Below are positions 1 to 5,527 of a stretch of DNA of 6,331 bases, one piece after another. The stretch is taken from assembly GCA_964510585.1 (NCBI GenBank), contig CAZECW010000213.1, positions 1 to 6,331 of the forward strand, read 5' to 3'. Under the pieces are notes generated by a model. That model did not search any database. It had not been told where the DNA came from and saw nothing but the letters and a program-made list of their open reading frames with translations. Numbering within the stretch: the first letter of the stretch is position 1; each line of letters begins with the position of its first letter. The translations under genes were made by a program, and so were the position numbers. The DNA is from an uncultured archaeon. Lineage in GTDB: Archaea > Asgardarchaeota > Jordiarchaeia > Jordiarchaeales > Jordiarchaeaceae.

Positions 1-137
1 GCTGCGTCCTGTTTAGCCTCTTAAGCCCAAGCCAAACCCTTCAGCTACCAACAACTATTTATATACCATACTTTCAAATAAACTTTCTGGCGATTCATCC
101 CCACGACTAAAGTCGGGGGCTTTCTCGCCAAGGTTTT
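1..137 (-). mobile_element. Left end of an IS200/IS605-family element (IS608-like); the element continues beyond the window start
   Basis: The minus strand reads TTAC|AAAACCTTGGCGAG-AAAG-CCCCCGACTTTAGTCGTGGGG-ATGAATCGCC. The subterminal hairpin is at + 99-119 (cccc-a-cgact-aa-agtcg-gggg) with an outer ggcga/tcgcc pair (89-93/125-129). AAAG lies at the foot of the hairpin and TTAC (+ gtaa 138-141) 14 nt further out. This is the guide/cleavage-site pair known for the IS608 left end. No transposase ORF is visible in the window. Confidence 0.8.
55..64 (-). promoter_or_regulatory. Possible TATA box inside the IS left end, pointing into the element
   Basis: The minus strand reads gaaagtatggTATATAAATag: a purine-rich BRE-like stretch followed by a TATA box, oriented towards the IS interior where tnpA/tnpB would lie. 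Confidence 0.4.
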
Positions 138-205
138 GTAAGAGATGTGGAAAACGGTTTGTTTCAAAAAAGAGCAGGATTTTAGAATGTATGGGACGTG
201 AAGCT

Positions 206-641
206 ATGGGAGAACTTGAAGAACGTTTGGAGCATATGAGAGAGAAGTTGTGTAAAAGGCTTAGACCAGCTACTGAGAGAAAGAGGAGCGCGAAGTGTGG
301 TAGTTGACTTCACACTTTTCAACGCGGTGCTTCACATGTTGCAAACAAGCATCCAATCCTTTATAGATGCAGGTGCCCGGCTGCTCTCAGAATTGGGTGA
401 AAAACCGCCAAAAACATATGGAGAACTGCCTGAAAAACTGTTGGAAAAAGGAGTGCTGTCAAGTGGTGAAGGAATAATCGCCAGAAAGATAATTGGCTTG
501 AGAAACATTCTTGTCCACACATACCTAGACGTAGATACAAATATTGTTCTAAACATATTGGAGGAAGGTAAATATCACGACATACTCAAAATGGCACTAA
601 AAATTTTAAAATTTGCACACGATAAAAAGATAGACCCATAA
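206..641 (+). pseudogene. hepT: HepT/DUF86-family HEPN ribonuclease toxin, frameshifted near the 5' end (or a sequencing error)
   Basis: ORF 297-641 carries RNILVHTY (nt 501-524), the RX4HXY motif of HepT toxins, and a DUF86-like LHMLQTSIQSFID helix. That frame is open back to 240 (stop tga 237-239). ATG 206 in another frame gives MGELEERLEHMREK and stops at 303-305. Removing one base around 240-257 fuses them into about 144 aa, a typical DUF86 length. Confidence 0.8.
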
Positions 642-714
642 ATTGAAAATAACACTTAATGAGCCTTTCCCCAAGAAAAAATTGTGATTGGAGGGTAGTC
701 GCTTACAAAATTCA

Positions 715-744
715 CTTTTCAATCCTTTTTATAGAGTAGCTAAC
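715..744 (-). repeat. Single CRISPR-repeat-like 30-mer; not an array
   Basis: The minus strand reads GTTAGCTACTCTATAAAAAGGATTGAAAAG. It has the length, GTT start and ATTGAAA(A)G end typical of archaeal repeats. No second copy was found in the window. Confidence 0.25.
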
Positions 745-1287
745 GGAAGCGGTTAGAGATGCTGTGAGATGCCACTTTGGAGGGGGAAATGCCTCGAGTC
801 ATAAGGCTGCATATGGTTAAGGATGAGGTATTTAACACTATAATTTTGAGAACCGCAATTTTAAATTGAAAGTATTTTCCAAAATTTTTTGATTATTGGA
901 GGATTTATAGTATGAAGATTCCTAGGGATATAAATAGGAAATGCTAAAATTATATATGGTGTCTTTGCTTCATCCATAGAGGGTTTTTTCTTGTGATGTC
1001 TTGTGGGGATTTAGTGAAGGTTTTCGGCTTGGGAACCTGATAAGGTCTGAGTTTTTCGCCCCAACTCAAACCGTTGGTGGTGCACAAGATGTTAATGAGA
1101 ACAAAATAATGTCACTAGCAAATTATGAAACATAATGGCTGGAACCCACATTTCGCATTGTTTGTGAATTTTTTGGTATTTTTTTGTTTTTACCAGTTTC
1201 TTCTCCTGTTTCTTGCGGGGATTTGGAGATTTCCAAAAATTTTTTTGATAAAGTAAGATCAGATTCCCAGTATAGACTTAATTCCGC

Positions 1288-1306
1288 AAAAATAGAAAAA
1301 AATAAA
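1288..1306 (-). terminator. Possible archaeal oligo-T terminator after the peptidase gene
   Basis: The minus strand reads tttatttttttctattttt about 40 nt downstream of the stop at 1343. Confidence 0.3.
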
Positions 1307-1342
1307 CCAAGGGTGCGGGAAATGGGCTGTAATATTAATTAT

Positions 1343-1954
1343 TTATTTTTTACTAAGGTAATTTTTTGCTTGGTTGAAGTTCACTTCAAGTAATTCTGGT
1401 AGGTTTATTCCGGCTTTTTCAAATTTTTTTGTTGTTTTTCTGAGGGCTTCCTCGGATTCTGAGAAGTATAGGGTGAGTATGGTTTTTTCTCCCACGATTT
1501 TGGTTATGTCTTCCCAAATTTTGGTGTAGCTGAACTCGTCATATATGCTTTCTCCGATTTCTATGTTGAAATGGTTTGATACCAGTTTTTGAATGTAGCG
1601 GGTTAATCCTTCCCTAACCCATCTCTTGTAACGTGTCTTTATCCACGTTAGTGAATGTAGTAGTTCGTGTAGTATTGTGTCGTATTTTTGGATGCTTTTC
1701 TCTTTTATGACAATGATTTTTTCTCCGTGTATGGTTATGGCGTTTGTTATTTCTGCTAGTGTTTCTGCTGTTTGTTGAGAGTATCCCAACTTTTCATAGT
1801 AACTTTGGAAGTAGGGTAGGTCTGCTACTCTAAAATGGTACTTGGAGTGTTCCGAAATTTCGACGCTGACCCCCTTTTCCTGTAGAAAGGATTGTATGTA
1901 GTTAAGGCAGGTTTTTGCCGCCTGGTCGAGTCTACCATCACTCCAGATTTTCAC
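1343..1954 (-). CDS. Zinc metallopeptidase, gluzincin / peptidase MA-like (HExxH...WxxEG), 203 aa
   Basis: HELLH at aa 96-100 follows a beta-strand (IIVIK) and precedes RWVREG with the third-ligand Glu115 (HExxH-x14-E). The GTG start has GGTGGA upstream and overlaps the end of the HTH gene by 17 nt. No signal peptide is apparent. Confidence 0.8.
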   Translation of the reverse strand: MKIWSDGRLDQAAKTCLNYIQSFLQEKGVSVEISEHSKYHFRVADLPYFQSYYEKLGYSQQTAETLAEITNAITIHGEKIIVIKEKSIQKYDTILHELLHSLTWIKTRYKRWVREGLTRYIQKLVSNHFNIEIGESIYDEFSYTKIWEDITKIVGEKTILTLYFSESEEALRKTTKKFEKAGINLPELLEVNFNQAKNYLSKK

Positions 1955-2390
1955 CCAGTTCCACCGCTAACTCTGCTATATCTTTTCCGAATCTTTCCTT
2001 GAGCTGATGGGGGTACCACTTTATTAGGTTTTCCAGCGTTTTCCGAGCGGTTTCCAACTGAGCTGGTTTTTTGATTTCTAGTAGCTTTTCAATTTCACCT
2101 AGTCTTAGCAGTATGTCATGATAAATAAGTTCTTCTAAGAATTGAATCAGTTTCTCCCTCACTCCGGACTCGTTGTTAACACTGAAGCGGATTTCACCAG
2201 CAATGTCCCTCCTTACCACAAGTCCAGCTTCTACAAGCATTTTCAAGTGCTGGTATACAGTTGCTGCGTGGAGCCCAGTAATTTTTGAAAGCTGCCCCGT
2301 AGTTAAGCTTTCTCGGTGTCCAACTAAAGCTCTTAACAATTTTAATCTTCCCTCAGCAGAAAGGCTCTTCTCAACAACAGAAATCTCCAT
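1938..2390 (-). CDS. ArsR-like winged-HTH transcriptional regulator with a C-terminal helical extension, 150 aa
   Basis: RLKLLRAL...LTTGQLSKITGLHAATVYQHLKMLVEAGLVVRR...RFSV matches the ArsR/HTH_20 pattern. GGTG lies 6-7 nt before the ATG and a TATA box is upstream. Confidence 0.88.
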   Translation of the reverse strand: MEISVVEKSLSAEGRLKLLRALVGHRESLTTGQLSKITGLHAATVYQHLKMLVEAGLVVRRDIAGEIRFSVNNESGVREKLIQFLEELIYHDILLRLGEIEKLLEIKKPAQLETARKTLENLIKWYPHQLKERFGKDIAELAVELGENLE

Positions 2391-2407
2391 ATGTTGACAC
2401 CAAAAGA

Positions 2408-2431
2408 ATATATGCTAAAAACATATATAAA
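2408..2431 (-). promoter_or_regulatory. TATA box of the HTH-peptidase operon overlapped by a 7-7-7 inverted repeat
   Basis: TTTATATA lies at 2431-2424 on the minus strand, about 34-41 nt upstream of ATG 2390. The perfect inverted repeat is ATATATG (2408-2414), 7-nt spacer, CATATAT (2422-2428). Confidence 0.55.
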
Positions 2432-2892
2432 CATTCACCAAAACAAAACCTAAAGAACCACCATAAATTTAGATGCTGCAAACATCTCCCTTGTTTAAAA
2501 ACAAGCTAAAAAATTATTGTTCTCTTCTACGTTACATAATTCCCATTTTTTTAAATTTTTTATATACTCTTCTGAATTTTTTGCAATTTTGAATTGCTTT
2601 TTTGAAAAATTTTCAGAATCCAAATGAAATATACTAAAAAAGTAAAATTATGCAACCAGTAGTTCGGTTCTCTTGGCTTCAAGTTTCATTTTTGCGGATC
2701 CTTCTTCCATCGCGAGAGGGTGGAATTCGCAGAGGAGTTGACTTAAAGTTATGACCCAAACAGTAAAACAAAATTATTTTTGATAATTCCAGTGAAGGAA
2801 CAAGCATTTTTTGAGGGTGTTTCTGTTGTGATGGTTTGATTTTGGCATTTGTTTATGGGGGTTTTGGTGTTGCTCGTATGGTAATTTTGTGG

Positions 2893-4410
2893 TTAGTTTT
2901 GTCTTTCGTCTTTTTCGGTTGGGGGTAGTAGTTCTCTTTTTATGTCTTCTTTTGATATTAGCCAGATGAGTTCTTTTTCGTCTTCGTAGACGTAGATTAG
3001 GGGTATCATGTATTTTTCTGCGAGTTTGTAGTAGGCTATGGTTGCGGGCTTGTTTAGGGCTGTGCAGTCCATGACCAAAATGTGATTTCTTATTAGTTCT
3101 TTGAGAACTTGTTCAACCTTCTCTTCAACGGTTTTAACATTTGTTATTTCTTCGTCTCTTAAAAGGTGCCAGTTTATGTTGCTGGGTGTGATATTTTCCC
3201 ATTCGGGAATGGATTTGTATGTTTCAAAAACGGTGACTTTAATTTCATGTTTCTGGTCTTTTTCAGACTGGGAGTTTTCTTTTGGGAAGTTTTCTTTGGC
3301 TAGGAGTTTGAGTGCTGTTTCAGTTTCAGACTCGCTTCTTTGCTCTCTTCTTCCCAAGAGGCCGAGGTAGGCGTAGTCAACATTTGTGGAATCGAAAATG
3401 TAGCATAGGGGGCTTTTATGCGTTAATTCTACGGTGTGTCTTATGTGTTTCCCTTTTTCCTTTCTCGAATCTTTCTTTCTCATTGTATACATTAATCTTT
3501 CGCCGCGTGTAGAGGTTATGATTCCCTTCTCTTCGAAAATGTCTAGGATATGGCTTAGTGTGCTTTTCCCCATTTTTGCTTTTTCCGCAAGATCTCCAAT
3601 TCCGATGGGTTTACCGACGGTGGCTAGCTCTTTTAGGACTCGTCTCCAGTTCTCATTTTTGAAGGCGGTCTGATAAAATTTTATGTGTTTGGCATCTCCT
3701 TCTCGAGAGGTCTCTCCTTTTTTATTTGGTTTTTCGTCGGGTAGTAACTTTTTCTTTAAGTCTTCTTTTGATATTATCCAGTTTAGTTCTTTTTTGTCTT
3801 CGTAAACATAGATTAGGGGAACGCTGTGTTTTGTTGCGAGTTTATAGTAAGCTATGGTTGCGGGCTTTGTGAGGGAAGTGCAATCCATAACCAAAATGTA
3901 GTTTTTAGCGAGGTCTATGAGATGTGGCTCTACCTTTGATTGAATGGTTTCGATTCTTCTTATTTCCCTCTCTCCTATAAGTTTCCACTCAACTGGGATT
4001 GGGATATTCTCCCACTGGGTTTTACACTTTTCTGTGGTTAAAACTATGACCCTCTCAAAATTCAAGTTCTCCTTGGCCAGGAGTTTTAGGGCTGTTTCAG
4101 TTTCAGACTCGCTTCTTCCCTTCCTCTCACCTAGGAGACCGAGGTAGGCATAGGGAATTTTGGTGGAGTTGAAGATGTAGCATAGGGGGGTTTTGCGCTC
4201 CAGCCTAATTTTGTCCCCCTCAATGGAGATAACATTATTCATCCTGAGAATATTTATTTGGTGCCCAAAAGTGTTTTGGGATAATCCCACACTCCCTTTG
4301 AGTGGTAGGGATTGATTTTGTCCGCCTGCTTTTGCTAACTCCTCCAAGATTGCTCTCCTATTTCTTTGCTCCAGAGCAGACCTGTAATCTATAGCCTGCA
4401 CATTCTCCAT
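2893..4410 (-). CDS. Tandem-duplicated [wHTH + CARF-like Rossmann domain]x2 protein; putative nucleotide-sensing transcription regulator, 505 aa
   Basis: There are two homologous halves (aa about 1-224 and 250-496). Each has an N-terminal wHTH (GLSQNTFGHQINILRMNNVI; IGDLAEKAKMGKSTLSHILDIFEEKGII). Each then has a Rossmann-like domain with YLGLLG, a second hydrophobic strand (VIVLTT in unit 1), ILVMDCTxLxKPATIAYYKLA and PLIYVYE, resembling the CARF DxT/SxGxK/R helix motif and final strand. AAGGGG precedes the ATG. The CDS is certain; the CARF call is from motif recognition only. Confidence 0.75.
   Translation of the reverse strand: MENVQAIDYRSALEQRNRRAILEELAKAGGQNQSLPLKGSVGLSQNTFGHQINILRMNNVISIEGDKIRLERKTPLCYIFNSTKIPYAYLGLLGERKGRSESETETALKLLAKENLNFERVIVLTTEKCKTQWENIPIPVEWKLIGEREIRRIETIQSKVEPHLIDLAKNYILVMDCTSLTKPATIAYYKLATKHSVPLIYVYEDKKELNWIISKEDLKKKLLPDEKPNKKGETSREGDAKHIKFYQTAFKNENWRRVLKELATVGKPIGIGDLAEKAKMGKSTLSHILDIFEEKGIITSTRGERLMYTMRKKDSRKEKGKHIRHTVELTHKSPLCYIFDSTNVDYAYLGLLGRREQRSESETETALKLLAKENFPKENSQSEKDQKHEIKVTVFETYKSIPEWENITPSNINWHLLRDEEITNVKTVEEKVEQVLKELIRNHILVMDCTALNKPATIAYYKLAEKYMIPLIYVYEDEKELIWLISKEDIKRELLPPTEKDERQN
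2923..4410 (-). repeat. Intragenic direct duplication (two units offset by 777-816 nt)
   Basis: Identical DNA blocks: 27 nt gctgtttcagtttcagactcgcttctt at 3314-3340 and 4091-4117; 17 nt gctatggttgcgggctt at 3035-3051 and 3851-3867; 17 nt gtcttcttttgatatta at 2944-2960 and 3760-3776. Confidence 0.95.
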
Positions 4411-4440
4411 CCCCTTAAAATAGTTTGATTAAACCTCCAC

Positions 4441-4451
4441 ACCATAAAAAC
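4441..4451 (-). promoter_or_regulatory. Possible TATA-like promoter element of the wHTH-CARF gene
   Basis: The minus strand reads aagTTTTTATGgtg about 30-40 nt upstream of ATG 4410; a non-canonical TATA box. Confidence 0.3.
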
Positions 4452-4669
4452 TTAGGTTGAGAAAGTGAAGGTTGCCTGTAGCCTTTTACTAAAACTATGG
4501 GCATAAGTCTTCTACCCCATCCATAAAAATATTTCAGCAGGCATATATTTGTGTTATGTGAGAAACTTGCGCTTTTTAACCCATTCCGCCCTTTGCAGAG
4601 ATGTAAAAAGTTTTTGGAGTCTTCTTTACCAACATGGGATTGAAATTTTAGTGCTTTTGGTTCATTAGT

Positions 4670-5527
4670 TTAGAGCTGTTTAATTGCATCTTTGAGGTCT
4701 TCTAGTACTTGTTCCAGCGTTTTGTTTTTTAGAGTTTGGAAGCCTCCTACTGTTTTGTGTCCTCCTGAGCTGTAGCCTTTGTTTCTAAGGTGTTGGTAAA
4801 TTTTTGTGAGGTCCAAGTTTCTCTTTGTGGCTATGGTTCCACCCTTCACCCCCTTTCCCTCCATTCCTACGGAGATGACTATGGGATTTTTTTCTTCCAG
4901 GGTGAGCATGGCCTCTTTGGAGGCTCCTCTCTCCCAGCGGTCACCAAAATTGAACGTGAAGTATACTGCTTCCGTTGTTAATTTTTCGCTTCTATCCAGG
5001 AGTTCCTTCGTTTTCTCCTCTATTTTTTGGTACTCTGATGATACCTTTTCCGCCCATTCCCGGAGTTCTTTCCAGTTTCCTTTTCTAACCATTTCTGAAA
5101 CCCGTTGACGGGGGAATCCTTGGGGGTCTATGCGGTAGGCTCTCCATATTATGTTGCCCAGTTTGGAGTTAAGTGTGGCGGTGTCTACTTCCTCCACTGC
5201 AGTTCTCCATTCTTCTGGGAATTCTAGTTTAAAGTGGTCTGCAATGAGTGAGGAGACCGCACGGTAATCTGGCTTGAGAATCCACTCGTTTCCCATTTCA
5301 TCCATGCCTTGTCGAGTCTCGGTCCCGTGATGATCAATTATGAGTGAATTACGCATAGCTTTTACGCGGGTTGGTGTGATTTCTATACAGGCTGCGTTTT
5401 CAATGTTTAAATCCGCAAGTTCAAGTGGGAATTCTAGGGGAACACCGAAAACGCGTGAAAGAAGGCCGGCTCCCACCACTCCGTCCCAGTCTCCATGGGC
5501 TACAATTCTCAATATTTCAGGCTTCAT
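4670..5527 (-). CDS. DHH/DHHA1-family phosphoesterase (NrnA/Pde2-like), about 285 aa
   Basis: Motif I is RIVAHGDWDG, the signature motif is LIIDHHG, a later acidic motif is EEVDT, and the C-terminal DHHA1 motif is SSGGHKTVGGF. The likely start is ATG 5527 (MKPEILRIVAHGD), which puts motif I near the N-terminus and has GAGGG upstream. The ORF track's extension to 5641 is low-complexity. Confidence 0.9.
   Translation of the reverse strand: MKPEILRIVAHGDWDGVVGAGLLSRVFGVPLEFPLELADLNIENAACIEITPTRVKAMRNSLIIDHHGTETRQGMDEMGNEWILKPDYRAVSSLIADHFKLEFPEEWRTAVEEVDTATLNSKLGNIIWRAYRIDPQGFPRQRVSEMVRKGNWKELREWAEKVSSEYQKIEEKTKELLDRSEKLTTEAVYFTFNFGDRWERGASKEAMLTLEEKNPIVISVGMEGKGVKGGTIATKRNLDLTKIYQHLRNKGYSSGGHKTVGGFQTLKNKTLEQVLEDLKDAIKQL

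Noticed and set aside
332-556. 74-aa minus-strand ORF
   Set aside because: Antisense shadow of the HEPN gene; no motifs.
703-710. TTACAAAA matching the IS left-end junction
   Set aside because: No AAAG guide or hairpin follows it; a short AT-rich match is expected by chance.
641-872. CRISPR array from ATTGAAA-like words at 642, 865 and 4638 plus the 715-744 sequence
   Set aside because: Mixed orientations, no regular spacing, and no similarity beyond 7-9 nt.
912-947. Mini-ORF MKIPRDINRKC with a GGAGG RBS, faintly like a HicA N-terminus
   Set aside because: Only 11 codons, and no HicA GSH motif in any downstream frame.
999-1226. Direct repeat tcttg(t/c)ggggattt(a/g)g at 999-1014 and 1211-1226
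   Set aside because: Only two copies (14/16) about 212 nt apart, with no array or element context to interpret them.
1184-1393. 69-aa plus-strand ORF
   Set aside because: No RBS or motif, low complexity, and it overlaps the peptidase end on the opposite strand.
1825-1938. TGATG-coupled alternative start after the HTH stop
   Set aside because: Out of frame with the peptidase and stops after about 37 codons; GTG 1954 with its own RBS fits better.
2173-2397. 74-aa plus-strand ORF
   Set aside because: Antisense shadow of the HTH gene.
3101-4147. Plus-strand ORFs 3101-3370, 3312-3512, 3434-3673 and 3944-4147
   Set aside because: Antisense shadows of the 505-aa gene; their mutual similarity only mirrors its duplication.
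2461-4527. Recurrent TTTATGG (minus strand) upstream of the HTH gene (2461-2467) and the CARF gene (4442-4448, 4521-4527)
   Set aside because: A 7-mer in AT-rich DNA that also occurs elsewhere (636-642, 2852-2858); too weak to call a regulatory motif.
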